IMG/VR virus record: IMGVR_UViG_3300034061_004194
Span: 1 to 32,518 of that record
DNA length: 32,518 bases
Source: a virus
Lineage: Duplodnaviria; Caudoviricetes
Direction: 5' to 3' (one strand)
The notes beneath the pieces were generated by a model. The model saw only the letters and a program-made list of their open reading frames with translations. It was not told the DNA's origin and did not search any database. Below, one piece after another: positions 8,902 to 20,975 of the stretch (position 1 is the stretch's first letter; each line of letters opens with the position of its first letter). The position numbers and the translations under genes were made by a program.

Positions 8902-9605
8902 GCCAGCCGGTGAAAATCGTGGTTAAAGGTGAGGGATTTACCAAGGCGTTGCGCGCTTATAAGCAGGCATCAAAAAAGAGCTGGGAGCAGATTTTTGCGA
9001 AAACCGCAAAAGAGCTTGCCGCCAAAATCATCCGCGTCACTCCGCCTTTCGACGTGCGCGGATCGGACATTGAAAACGACGCTGCTGCAAAACGACGGGG
9101 GCAGGACACAATTGCCGGCGACCTTTCCCGCGTATTCACGTCGAGCGTGGACACGTTGAGGAAAAACGGCGTGCAAACGCGGCCAACAGCGGCAGAGGTG
9201 GGAAAAAATTCAAACACAGCCACGATGCGGGCGTTGCACTCGCAGCTGCGGAACAACAAAGGACGAGTACCGAAAAGCTACAAGGCCCGCATTCTGGTCA
9301 AAAAAATGGCGCTGGCCCGATACACAAAAATGGTGCAGCGGCGAGTTGGTTATCTAGGCGCGGGCTGGGAGCGCGGGGCGATGATTACAAAGGCCCGCAC
9401 GCCGTCGTGGGTGAAGCGGCACAGCGCCCCATCTCAAGCAACCGTCAAAGTGAGCGAAAGTCGGCTGATTGCTGAGTTCAAAAATAATGTGCCGTTTGCC
9501 GGATTGTCTCAGCTCCAGAGGCGAGTTGACTTTGCCACAAGCCGACAGGCTGCCGCGATGATGAGGCAGGTTGCCTATTTCGCCAAAAAGCGCGTGACCA
9601 TATGA
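8898..9605 (+). CDS. Basic virion morphogenesis protein (possible HK97 gp10/lambda gpZ-like)
   Basis: 235 aa, very Lys/Arg-rich, KIIRVTPP motif, coupled by ATGA overlaps on both sides; family assignment is inference. Confidence 0.45.
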   Translation: MSQPVKIVVKGEGFTKALRAYKQASKKSWEQIFAKTAKELAAKIIRVTPPFDVRGSDIENDAAAKRRGQDTIAGDLSRVFTSSVDTLRKNGVQTRPTAAEVGKNSNTATMRALHSQLRNNKGRVPKSYKARILVKKMALARYTKMVQRRVGYLGAGWERGAMITKARTPSWVKRHSAPSQATVKVSESRLIAEFKNNVPFAGLSQLQRRVDFATSRQAAAMMRQVAYFAKKRVTI

Positions 9606-11233
9606 GCGTTGTTGCAAAGATCAATCTGGACCCGAGTGGATTTAACGTTGGGGCGCGTGCGGTTGAACTGTCGTTTAAGGCGTTGTCTACGGCTGCCGCA
9701 AAGGCAGGCAGTTTGATTTCAACGGGCATCTCAAAAGGGATTTCTGGGATTGCTTCGCTTGCGAAAAAAGCTGTTGTCGGCGCAGCTGGCGGGCTTGTTG
9801 GCCTCGGGGCCGGCGTTTACGAGGCGATGAGCGAGGGGGGGGAGCTGGTCGATTTGCAAGAACAGACTGGCATTGCCGTGGACACCCTAATGGCTTTACG
9901 CGTCGCGTTCGAGCAGGCAGGGATGGGGGCGGATGATGTGCAGCCTACCATCGCGAAGCTGCAAAAAAGCGTGGTGGAGGCGCAGACGGGCAGCGAGGCG
10001 GCGGCAAAGGCGTTTGGAGCGTTGGGATTGTCGGCAGAAACACTTGCCGGGATGACTGCCGACGAACAACTGCAAGCAGTGGGCGACGCCATTAAAGGCA
10101 TCCAAGACCCAGCTGTTAAGTCCGCCGTGGCCATGGAGATTTTTGGCAAAAGCGGCGCGCGGATGCTGGCTTTTTTTGCGACCGGCGGACTCGACGATGC
10201 ACGCGAGGCCATTGGGCGCCAAGCGGACCTAATGAAACGGTACGCCGACACTTTTGACGGTATCACCGACGCGTTTGGCCTGTATCACGTGAAGTTGCGC
10301 GGGTTTTTTGTCGGCCTTGCTGCTGAGCTTGCCCCGGTGCTGAAACTTGCCGCTGACTTTTTCAAGACGTTGGATTTTGCCGCACTCGGCGAGCAAGTCG
10401 GCAACACAATCATGGCGATCTACCAAGCAATCCGAGGTGGCGACATTGGCGGGCTGCTGACTGCATCACTGAAAGTTGCGTTTGGTGACGGGATCAATTT
10501 TCTCAACGCCGGATTGCAAGCTACGTTTGCGGGCATTGGCGCGCTGTTCAAAGACTCGCTGGGCGGCCTGAGTTCATACGCATCCGGCTTTGGTAGCATC
10601 CTGATGGGTATTGGCAAAATGTTTGCAGAGCTGTTGCTAGACGCTGTTGCGTCCGTGCTGCTGTCGATGCGCGAACTGCCTGTAATCGGCGAAAAGTTTG
10701 CCGTCGCAGGATCCGCGTTGCAAACGACCGCCTACCGCATGGGCGTCGCTGGCAGCCAGCAAATGCAGCAGGGCGCGGATGCCATGGCAAATTCGCTGCC
10801 TAGCCTCGACAGTTTCGGCAATCGGCTCATGTCCACGGCTAAAGCGTTTGCCGCTGAATTTCAGCGCGCACAAGGCGTGCCAGTGATCGACACCGATGCC
10901 GAGAAGGAGAAGATAGCGGAGATCATGGCAAAGGGCCGAGAAGCGGCCGCAGAAGCGCAAAGAACCCTGAATGCGCAACCCAGGGCCGCAGAAGCACCAC
11001 AGCCGGAGCGCGGGATTTTAGATGTTCTGGGCAAACAGCAGGAGTTTAAATTTTCGCGTGCGCAGCAGGTTTTCGGACAATTCGGCACGCTTGGGGGTGG
11101 CGTTGTGCGCGGCACATTCCAGAGCTTTGATCCGATGGTTAATCAGCAACGGCAGACCAATTCCCTTTTGCAAACAATCCGTGAGAACACGGCACGCACG
11201 CCAATGGTCGCAGCGCCGGCATACCAATCCTAA
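9602..11233 (+). CDS. Tape measure protein
   Basis: 543 aa, Ala/Gly-rich helical; AFGALGLS..L..MTADEQL, AMEIFGKSGARML typical TMP motifs. Confidence 0.9.
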   Translation: MSVVAKINLDPSGFNVGARAVELSFKALSTAAAKAGSLISTGISKGISGIASLAKKAVVGAAGGLVGLGAGVYEAMSEGGELVDLQEQTGIAVDTLMALRVAFEQAGMGADDVQPTIAKLQKSVVEAQTGSEAAAKAFGALGLSAETLAGMTADEQLQAVGDAIKGIQDPAVKSAVAMEIFGKSGARMLAFFATGGLDDAREAIGRQADLMKRYADTFDGITDAFGLYHVKLRGFFVGLAAELAPVLKLAADFFKTLDFAALGEQVGNTIMAIYQAIRGGDIGGLLTASLKVAFGDGINFLNAGLQATFAGIGALFKDSLGGLSSYASGFGSILMGIGKMFAELLLDAVASVLLSMRELPVIGEKFAVAGSALQTTAYRMGVAGSQQMQQGADAMANSLPSLDSFGNRLMSTAKAFAAEFQRAQGVPVIDTDAEKEKIAEIMAKGREAAAEAQRTLNAQPRAAEAPQPERGILDVLGKQQEFKFSRAQQVFGQFGTLGGGVVRGTFQSFDPMVNQQRQTNSLLQTIRENTARTPMVAAPAYQS

Positions 11234-11236
11234 AAC

Positions 11237-11947
11237 ATGGGCACACTGATCAGCGAGGAGTGGCTCTACAACTCCGAAGCCAACACCAAAACTTTCCGCA
11301 AGTCCTACCAGGATTTGACCGGGTTCGGCGTCGAGGTGGAGAACATGGCCAATCAGACGTACAAAATTTCTAACGGAATTTTCGAGTACTCTGGCGAGGA
11401 CATCTATTATTTTGCCGGCACAAGCGGCGGAGGCCCGAGCGGCGGGGGTGGAGGCGGCACCGGGCCCGATAGTGTGCTGCTGACCGTTTCGGCGTCTGCT
11501 GCGACCGAGCCGATTGAGGCGCATCCTTTCTTTGACCAGTACAACGCCACACCGGAGGAATGGGACACATGGAACCGCTGGAAAGCCGATCCGCAGGACC
11601 CGAAAAACAAGGGCGTTGGTGTGGTTAACGCGTTGGGCTATTTCGACCCGTCGCTGTACAGCAACGAGACGTTTTACGGCCAGCTGTACGGCCTCTACAT
11701 GCGAGGGATTCGCGAGTACTACGAGCCACGCGTGACGGTGCGGCAAACGCGGTTTGAGTCGGGCGCGCCTAACCTTGCAAACGTCGGCAAAATCGACGCG
11801 CCACCGATCAACCCAGCGGGAAGCGGCATGGCAAATTACATCCTCAACTCCGCAGACGGAAAATACAACGCCACCAACGCCGTCTGGGAAAACGTCTATG
11901 AGTGGGTTGGAAGCCGCAAAGGCTGGGACGCTAACCTGTACAGCTAA
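11237..11947 (+). CDS. Minor tail protein (distal tail position)
   Basis: Directly after TMP; TEPIEAHPFF motif, Gly-rich insert; synteny only. Confidence 0.6.
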   Translation: MGTLISEEWLYNSEANTKTFRKSYQDLTGFGVEVENMANQTYKISNGIFEYSGEDIYYFAGTSGGGPSGGGGGGTGPDSVLLTVSASAATEPIEAHPFFDQYNATPEEWDTWNRWKADPQDPKNKGVGVVNALGYFDPSLYSNETFYGQLYGLYMRGIREYYEPRVTVRQTRFESGAPNLANVGKIDAPPINPAGSGMANYILNSADGKYNATNAVWENVYEWVGSRKGWDANLYS

Positions 11948-12699
11948 TGGCACTGCCACGCATCAACGTCGGTGACACGATCAGGGCTACGCATCTCCAG
12001 CAGATTTGCGATGAGATCCAGCAAAACCGGATCCGCCCTGGCGTCGGGGTGCGGCTCAACACCACATCCGGCGGCACCACATTGAGCGTGGATTTGAGTG
12101 GCATTCGTGGAGCATCGAGCAGCGCGGCCACCCCGACGCTGACGCCGTTCCAGATTGTTTCTGGCTATCCAGCCATCCCCACCGAGCCTGTGGGGCGAAT
12201 ACAGGGGGAGTCTTACGTCAGCGTGATTGAGACAGGCGGACTGTTGGCGATCACAGGAGATCCTGGCCTCGGGGCGATTATTGGGGGGCCTAACGATAAT
12301 GAAGACGATCCAGGGCAATTTCCGCTGCCGGAGATTGGGGAAAGCGTCTGGCTGGAGGCTGAGGTGAGCGGGTTCAACCTCACTTCCATAACGGTCAAGA
12401 TTGGCGAGGCGGGCGCCAGTGGCTTTTGGGAAAACTACCCGGATCCCGTCGAGGTGTCGGTGCCCGATCCCGAGACGCCGTATGAAGTGGCGGTTGTGAC
12501 GCGTTGTCTGATTGCGCACGTGGTTGCCGGCGATGACCCGCGACAGGGTGACATCTACGTGGTCGGGGAGGGGGAAGCGGCAGAGGCGCGCAAGGTGCTG
12601 CAACAACTCAAAACCAATCTGGGCGTGCAGGTGCTGATGATGCGCGGCACGCCGGCCCCGGTGCTGGTGCCGTGGCATGGGCCGTTCATCATTCCATGA
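11947..12699 (+). CDS. Minor tail protein
   Basis: N-terminus LPRINVGDTIRA...GVRLNTTSGGTTL like tail-tip adaptor proteins; coupled to neighbours. Confidence 0.6.
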   Translation: MALPRINVGDTIRATHLQQICDEIQQNRIRPGVGVRLNTTSGGTTLSVDLSGIRGASSSAATPTLTPFQIVSGYPAIPTEPVGRIQGESYVSVIETGGLLAITGDPGLGAIIGGPNDNEDDPGQFPLPEIGESVWLEAEVSGFNLTSITVKIGEAGASGFWENYPDPVEVSVPDPETPYEVAVVTRCLIAHVVAGDDPRQGDIYVVGEGEAAEARKVLQQLKTNLGVQVLMMRGTPAPVLVPWHGPFIIP

Positions 12700-14231
12700 C
12701 GCAGGGTTATCCGCATCCGATTCCGTATTATGAGCTGGGCATTGAGACCGCTCAAATTGGAGCACTAGGCAACACGCCTTTGCCGGTGGGCCTTTTAGAA
12801 ATGCCGATCAGCGCGGCGGCGTACCTGTATTTTAAGGCGGCCACCTTCAACCGCATCGTGGAGTTCACGCCATTGGCCGAGGGCCCAGGCACCCGCATTG
12901 ACTACACGGGGGCGACTGGTTGGACTGGGACGAAGTTCATCACAAGCGAAACCATTTCAATGCTGGACTCGCTGCCGCAGCCGGTGCCGTTCACCGAGCA
13001 AAAAACGGATCAGGCAATGCGGGACGAGATACGGGGCTACGCGTTGACCTCTGCGCCAATATCGACCCACCCTGGAGCATGGATGGGCATCAGGCAGGCC
13101 GACGCATTCACCGAGGGGACGTACAACACGCTGGTGCAATCCGAGGTTGCTGCGACGATGAATTACAACCTCAGCGCACAAGACTGGGGCATGGCAAAAA
13201 CAGACTTTGAGGCGGCAAATGCGCTGGCGATCGCTGACTGGGACGCGCGCTTGCAAGAATGGCTGCAAGCCGAACAGGCAAAAGTGCCACCGAATTTGCC
13301 ACTCATTGCGGACATCGAACGGCAGCAGGATGTGGTGGATGTGCTGACGCCACAAATTGGCGATCAGGCTACGCTGGTGGAGGAGGAAATTGACGAGATT
13401 CGCGCTGCTCTGCCTTCCATTGGGTGGACTGCCGAACAGATTGACGCTCTATCGAGAAACCTGATCACCATCGAGCAAGATGCGTTTGCCCGGTGGATTG
13501 CTGGTGAGGAAAAGCTGGAGGCCTACGCAGCAACACGGGGCCCGCTGTGGCAGCTGCGGGTGCTGTTTAAGCGACACGTCCTTTTTGAGCTTCAACGCCA
13601 GACCATTGGCTGGCTGCGGCGGCCAAATCCGTTGACCTACAGCGAGCCGGACTTGCTAAAACTTGGTTTTGTCGGGGCCGGCATTTCGACCGAATCGTTG
13701 GCAGCCCTTACATCTACGAGCATTCCAGCGTTAGCCTCGGCGCAGGTGGGGATGCTAACGCGCAACTTTTTGGGCGAGACAGGCACGGGGCCGGGCGACT
13801 GGAAAAACGTCGGTACCGGACTATGTGCAACGATGTTTGAGGTGCCGTACACGCTGCCGCCGGATCCCGAATCACCAGCAACCGCACCCATCTCGGGCAT
13901 CATCCACGCAAGCATTGGGCCCGTGTTGCTCGGGGTATCGCCGGAGATGTGCGTGAGCAATCTGGCAAAAGGGTTTTTGCCGCAGCTGAATCCATCTTTT
14001 CGCCTTTGGGACATTGAGTCTCCAGAAGTTTACGATGCCGTCTGGCCGACGGTAGAAAGTTATTGGAACCAATTTAACGAGATCAGCCAGTCACCAGCCG
14101 GCACTGTGGTCGGCAAATTCCGCATCGAGACGATAACCGGCGACGCGCTTTACGAGTGCGACCTTTACGCAAACCCAAGCACGGTGGGAGCGGTCAACAT
14201 CACCCTGCGGACATTGACAGAGAGAGTTTGA
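12696..14231 (+). CDS. Putative tail-tip/structural protein (511 aa)
   Basis: ATG 12696 overlapping previous stop; central helical region; no recognised family. Confidence 0.6.
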   Translation: MTQGYPHPIPYYELGIETAQIGALGNTPLPVGLLEMPISAAAYLYFKAATFNRIVEFTPLAEGPGTRIDYTGATGWTGTKFITSETISMLDSLPQPVPFTEQKTDQAMRDEIRGYALTSAPISTHPGAWMGIRQADAFTEGTYNTLVQSEVAATMNYNLSAQDWGMAKTDFEAANALAIADWDARLQEWLQAEQAKVPPNLPLIADIERQQDVVDVLTPQIGDQATLVEEEIDEIRAALPSIGWTAEQIDALSRNLITIEQDAFARWIAGEEKLEAYAATRGPLWQLRVLFKRHVLFELQRQTIGWLRRPNPLTYSEPDLLKLGFVGAGISTESLAALTSTSIPALASAQVGMLTRNFLGETGTGPGDWKNVGTGLCATMFEVPYTLPPDPESPATAPISGIIHASIGPVLLGVSPEMCVSNLAKGFLPQLNPSFRLWDIESPEVYDAVWPTVESYWNQFNEISQSPAGTVVGKFRIETITGDALYECDLYANPSTVGAVNITLRTLTERV

Positions 14232-14235
14232 TATG
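14214..14235 (+). promoter_or_regulatory. TTGACA-N13-ATG motif, copy 4 (before fibre module)
   Basis: TTGACA 14214-14219 inside the upstream CDS, ATG 14233. Confidence 0.6.
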
Positions 14236-14561
14236 CCGGCGGGCCTTTACAATTTCACTATCGAAGAGGGCGCGGATTTTGCCCTTGGATTGCGCGTCAA
14301 AATCAACGGCGAGGTGCAAGATCTGAGCGCGTGGGATTTTGCTGCGCAGCTGCGCACCACGGTGGATGGCACGTTGCTGGCGACTTTCACCACGTCACTC
14401 GACCCAGACAACGAGACGCTGCGCATTGGCCTCGATTCTGCCACGACCGATAACCTACTGGCGCAGAATGCACGGTGGGATCTACTCGCTACGACGCCGG
14501 ACCTTCGCAAAATCAGGTTGCTGGAGGGTAAAGTGACTATCAGCGGCAGCGTGACCGAATT

Positions 14562-14565
<4 letters not shown>
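14233..14565 (+). CDS. Fibre adaptor / BppU-N-like Ig-fold virion protein
   Basis: [11 protein letters not shown]...[12 protein letters not shown]...WDL...RLLEGKVTI pattern common ahead of phage fibre genes. Confidence 0.65.
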
Positions 14566-17032
<2,467 letters not shown>

Positions 17033-17036
<4 letters not shown>

Positions 17037-17986
17037 GGGTTTTACGCGCTCTAATCAAAAGCCGAAGTGGCCAGATTGGCGAGAGCTGGCGCGAGGTGCC
17101 GTTGACTGGACTTCAGACTGGCTATTTCCGAGCCCCTCGCCCGTTCCCTGTGTATGCGTTTGGCTATTGGTTTGGGGCCATTAACTACAGCACCGGGGGC
17201 AACAATTACCTGCGCATTATCCGCTCGGCCGATGGAATTGCGTGGGAGTTTGTCGCGGATGTTTTTACCGCGGCCACGGTGCCTGAAAATTTTGCGGCGA
17301 CGTTTAACGATGGCACTATCATGTTCGGTGGGCGTGCCGGACTTTCGCAGGGATATGTTGCTGTTTCTCAAGATGGCGTGAACTGGAACGGAGCACCTAC
17401 AGCAGCCGCTTCGCAAATTAATTCTGTGGCGTTTGAAAATGATGTTTTTCTTGCCTCTAGCTCAGGCAATGGCTTGCGCCGCTCAACTGATTTTGCGACG
17501 TGGGCAACCGTGTCGAGCACAGTCACGAACGTGGCTGGCGCCAACAACATTTTTGTCGGGATGGATGCCGGGCTGCTGGCAAACTCAACGGACGGCCTGA
17601 CGTGGTCGAGTGTTTCGGCGTTGGCGGGGAAAAGCATTGGCAACGTGTCTTTTGCGGGTGGTCGATTTTGGGCGACGACACTTGATGCTGCGCGGCAATT
17701 GTGGTGGTCAACGGATGGCTCAAATTGGTTTCAGGCAACGGTGCCTCCAGCTTTTCAAAGCGACAGCAACCCGTTTTATAGCATGGGCTACGCCGCCGGA
17801 TTGTGGTTTTACGCATACGCAAAACAAAGTGCTCCAAGCACCACGGGCGCGATGATTTCGAGCACAGGCAATGTGTTTCAGGATGTGTCTGGAACAAATC
17901 CAAATCAGCGTGAAATTTCTTTCAACGGGCCATTTTTGTACGCGGCCTATAATTACGACCCGCAATCTGCCTTCGTTTCCCCTTAG
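17033..17986 (+). CDS. Asp-box beta-propeller protein, putative receptor-binding
   Basis: Repeats [40 protein letters not shown]; ATG 17033 overlaps previous stop. Confidence 0.75.
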
Positions 17987-17987
17987 T

Positions 17988-18009
17988 TTGACATTCTTTT
18001 TCTGATATG
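17988..18009 (+). promoter_or_regulatory. TTGACA-N13-ATG motif, copy 5 (before glycine-rich fibre)
   Basis: TTGACA 17988-17993 (after a TAG stop), ATG 18007. Confidence 0.6.
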
Positions 18010-18987
18010 CCGCAGCTAACGAAAGTCGGATCCGACATGATGAAAACCACCGGTGTGACACCCGGTGCCTACGGAGGCGCGACCGCCGTGCCTCAAATCA
18101 CCGTAGACGCTGCGGGGCGTGTCACCGCGTTGAGCACGGCGGCCATCTCGGCGCTTTCGAGCGCGGACATCCAGGTCTTCACATCAAGCGGAACGTGGAC
18201 GAAACCGGCAGGGGCGAAAATAGTGAATCTGCAAATGTTTGGAGGTGGCGCGGGTGGAGGATCGGGAAGAAAGGACGCATCAACGACTGTTGTTCACTGC
18301 GGAGGAGGCGGTGGGGGCGGCGGCAGTTTTCTTTCAATCAACATTTCAGCAAGTGCATTACCTTCTACGGTTTCTGTAACCATTGGCGCTGGGGGTGCAG
18401 GTGGTGCTGCACAAACACTGATAACTTCAAACGGCATTCCGGGATCAAATGGCGGCAACACAATTTTCGGCGACCTCATTGCATCTGGAGGTGGATTTGC
18501 AAGCGGTGGGACAATCACACATGGCGCTGGTGGAGCTGCGGCACTGAACTCAAATGCTGGTGGCTCAGCGGCTGCTAATGGCGGATCTGGCGGCGTAGGG
18601 CTTCCCATTGCGGCATTCGTGGCATGGATGATTGGGGGCGCTGGAGGTGGAGCAGGAGGTGGAATCTCTACAGCAAACGCATCATTCCAAGGCGGATCTG
18701 GAGGGAGGTCAAATTTGCTCGGGTCGCTTGGTGGACTTGGCGGCGCTTCTGGGGGAACAGATGGTGCCGCAGGCACCGCAAATTCAAACGCCGCGCTCGG
18801 AGTCCTCGCCTCGGGTTCTGGAGGCGGTGGAGGTGGCGCATCGGTAACGACTAATGGCGGCAACGGAGGCGACGGTGGATTTCCTGCCGCTGGCGGTGGA
18901 GGAGGAGGCGCAACCGGATCAGGTACACAATCAGGGGCCGGTGGTTCGGGTGGTGCCGGTTTGGCTGTGATCACAACATATTTTTAA
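18007..18987 (+). CDS. Glycine-rich tail fibre protein
   Basis: TGVTPGAYG...ITVDAAGRVT fibre repeat, then FTSSGTWTKPAGAK and GGGGGG-rich domain ending GLAVITTYF. Confidence 0.8.
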   Translation: MPQLTKVGSDMMKTTGVTPGAYGGATAVPQITVDAAGRVTALSTAAISALSSADIQVFTSSGTWTKPAGAKIVNLQMFGGGAGGGSGRKDASTTVVHCGGGGGGGGSFLSINISASALPSTVSVTIGAGGAGGAAQTLITSNGIPGSNGGNTIFGDLIASGGGFASGGTITHGAGGAAALNSNAGGSAAANGGSGGVGLPIAAFVAWMIGGAGGGAGGGISTANASFQGGSGGRSNLLGSLGGLGGASGGTDGAAGTANSNAALGVLASGSGGGGGGASVTTNGGNGGDGGFPAAGGGGGGATGSGTQSGAGGSGGAGLAVITTYF

Positions 18988-18990
18988 GCC

Positions 18991-19158
18991 ATGACCTACG
19001 CAGTCGTCTCTCAATCGATCGTCACCAACCTCATCCTCTGGGATGGCGTGAGCCCGTACAACCCCGGCGACGGGATGACGCTGGTGCCCCTGAATGGCCG
19101 CCCGTGTGACATTGGGTGGCCCTACGACGGCACGGAATTTGTGCCGCCTGCCGAATGA
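18991..19158 (+). CDS. Small fibre-associated protein (55 aa; absent from ORF track)
   Basis: Translated by hand: MTYAVVSQSIVTNLILWDGVSPYNPGDGMTLVPLNGRPCDIGWPYDGTEFVPPAE; IGWxYDGxxFxxP is typical of small proteins following Gly-rich fibres; fills the gap and overlaps next ATG. Confidence 0.8.
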   Translation: MTYAVVSQSIVTNLILWDGVSPYNPGDGMTLVPLNGRPCDIGWPYDGTEFVPPAE

Positions 19159-19661
19159 GTTGCACCACCTACAAAGTCGAGGTTGATGGATGTGTTGATG
19201 GCGTCAAAACCATCGGCGTGGATCTCTACGCCGGTTTGCAGGGCGCCACGGGCCCGAGCGGTGCATCTATTGTCGGAGCCACCGGTGCCTCGGGGTTGTC
19301 GGTAGTTGGTGCCACTGGCGCATCGGGCGCATCCGTAATCGGCGCGACCGGATCTACCGGACCTGCATCAACCGTGCCGGGGGCTACGGGCGCGACCGGC
19401 CCAATGCCGTCGAGCGCGTCTGGCACGTTTCAGACAACGCGATTTACAGCAGATGGCAGCGCCAGCGCATACGGGCCGCTTACGGGCTATCACGCGACGG
19501 ACACGGGGGCGCAGTACCTGGTGCAACTCGACGGCGTAGAGCAGGACCCTGATCCCACTAACGGCGCGTTTGTGATCGCGGCTAACCAAGTGTCTTTCGC
19601 ATCTGCACCGGCATCTGGTGTGCAGATTGTAGTGCGCAGACTTAACATCACACTCGCATGA
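19155..19661 (+). CDS. Short collagen-like virion protein
   Basis: ATG 19155; GATGAS repeats plus a C-terminal domain paralogous to an internal domain of 14562..17036. Confidence 0.75.
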   Translation: MSCTTYKVEVDGCVDGVKTIGVDLYAGLQGATGPSGASIVGATGASGLSVVGATGASGASVIGATGSTGPASTVPGATGATGPMPSSASGTFQTTRFTADGSASAYGPLTGYHATDTGAQYLVQLDGVEQDPDPTNGAFVIAANQVSFASAPASGVQIVVRRLNITLA

Positions 19662-19873
19662 TGGACGAGATTATCAAAATCACGCAGGGCCAGCCATTCA
19701 TCGTCGTTTTGTTGCTGCTGGCAGTCTACTGGATGACCCGAAACAACGCTGACCTAATCACGAGGCTGCACGCGGAAAGAACGCACCGTCTCGACCGCTT
19801 GGAAGAGGCCATCGCTGAATGTGAGCGCGACCGAAAAAGCCTTTGGGAACGCATCGCAAGCAAAGATTTATGA
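19658..19873 (+). CDS. Single-TM coiled-coil membrane protein (holin/antiholin-like)
   Basis: Hydrophobic PFIVVLLLLAVYWM then charged coiled coil; first gene of lysis cluster. Confidence 0.55.
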   Translation: MMDEIIKITQGQPFIVVLLLLAVYWMTRNNADLITRLHAERTHRLDRLEEAIAECERDRKSLWERIASKDL

Positions 19874-20040
19874 GCTACTTTATTGACCGGCTTTCTGAGC
19901 CTTCCACGTGGCGTGGCCTCGCGGCTTTTGGAATTGCGTTGGGCATCAAGCTGCATCCCGAAATGCAGGAGGCAATCATCTCCACGGGCCTTGCAGTCAT
20001 CGGCCTGATTAACGTCCTCCGCAAAGAGCGCAAGCTGTGA
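19870..20040 (+). CDS. Holin (two hydrophobic segments)
   Basis: MSYFIDRLSEPSTWRGLAAFGIALGI...IISTGLAVIGLINVLRKERKL; basic C-terminal tail. Confidence 0.7.
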   Translation: MSYFIDRLSEPSTWRGLAAFGIALGIKLHPEMQEAIISTGLAVIGLINVLRKERKL

Positions 20041-20291
20041 TCGTGGCACTTGTAAAAGCCCTGCAATACCTGCTTGAAATCAAAGCGGTGCGGGCGCATT
20101 GGGAACTGGAGCGAGACATTGAGCACTATGTCACAATGTATGAGGATGAAATCAACCGGGCTCGCAACATGGGCGACCATAGCCGCGCTGACCGTGTGCG
20201 GCAGCAGTTGCTGCGGTCCTCGGGTATCGCAGTCACTCCACCAAATTTTGCAATTACGACCAGGGCAGACGCACACGGCGGCGACCGCTGA
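20037..20291 (+). CDS. Putative inner-membrane spanin (Rz-like)
   Basis: GTG start overlapping holin stop; helical; overlapped by a lipoprotein-like ORF. N-terminal hydrophobicity is weak. Confidence 0.45.
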   Translation: MIVALVKALQYLLEIKAVRAHWELERDIEHYVTMYEDEINRARNMGDHSRADRVRQQLLRSSGIAVTPPNFAITTRADAHGGDR

Positions 20292-20379
20292 GACTTGGCA
20301 CTCTGACCAACGCTACCGGACCCTGGAGCAGGAACTGATCAACGCCATTGGGGCCCTTAAACAACGCGACAACAAATGA
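20146..20379 (+). CDS. Putative outer-membrane lipoprotein spanin (Rz1-like)
   Basis: MKSTGLATWATIAALTVCGSSC signal/lipobox-like N-terminus in the +1 frame inside the previous ORF; stop overlaps endolysin ATG. Confidence 0.5.
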   Translation: MKSTGLATWATIAALTVCGSSCCGPRVSQSLHQILQLRPGQTHTAATAETWHSDQRYRTLEQELINAIGALKQRDNK

Positions 20380-20975
20380 CCCTAAGCGAGGCAGGCCTAA
20401 AGCTGGTGCTGGATCACGAGGTGGGCGGGGGTGAGGGCTACTACACGCGCTTTCTGTCGCGGCCTACGGTGCCGGGGTTTGAATCCGGCGTGACCATTGG
20501 CATTGGGTTTGACCTCGGCTACTGCAACAAGAGTGAGTTCGAGAACGCCTGGGCCTCACTACCGCAGGCCGACAGGTTGAGGCCCGCCATCGGGCTGCGA
20601 GAGGCCGAGGCGAGGAGATTTTGCGCGAGCTTGTCTGGCGTTGTTGTGGAGTGGCGCAAAGCGTTGCAAGTGTTTCTCGACCTGACTTGCCCTACGCATT
20701 GGGTGCGCACGCTGCGCATCTACCCGCAGGCCGGCCAGCTGCCGGATGATTGTGCATCCGCGCTGTTCTCGTTGGTTTTCAACCGAGGCAACGGCCTTAC
20801 CGGTGAGCGGCGAAGCGAGATGCGCGCCATCAAAGACGCGTTGGCCACTAATCATGCCGAGGCGGTGCCCGGTTTGCTGCGGTCGATGAAACGATTATGG
20901 CCCGCCACGTCGGGACTTGTCAGGCGTCGCGAGGATGAGGCCAGGCTGTTCGAGGCCGGCTTAAAAAATGGCTAA
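20376..20975 (+). CDS. Endolysin, lysozyme-like muramidase (GH24/pesticin-C-like)
   Basis: HEVGGG, PGFESGVTIGIGFDLG, ALFSLVFNRG, GLVRRREDEARLF. Confidence 0.88.
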   Translation: MTLSEAGLKLVLDHEVGGGEGYYTRFLSRPTVPGFESGVTIGIGFDLGYCNKSEFENAWASLPQADRLRPAIGLREAEARRFCASLSGVVVEWRKALQVFLDLTCPTHWVRTLRIYPQAGQLPDDCASALFSLVFNRGNGLTGERRSEMRAIKDALATNHAEAVPGLLRSMKRLWPATSGLVRRREDEARLFEAGLKNG

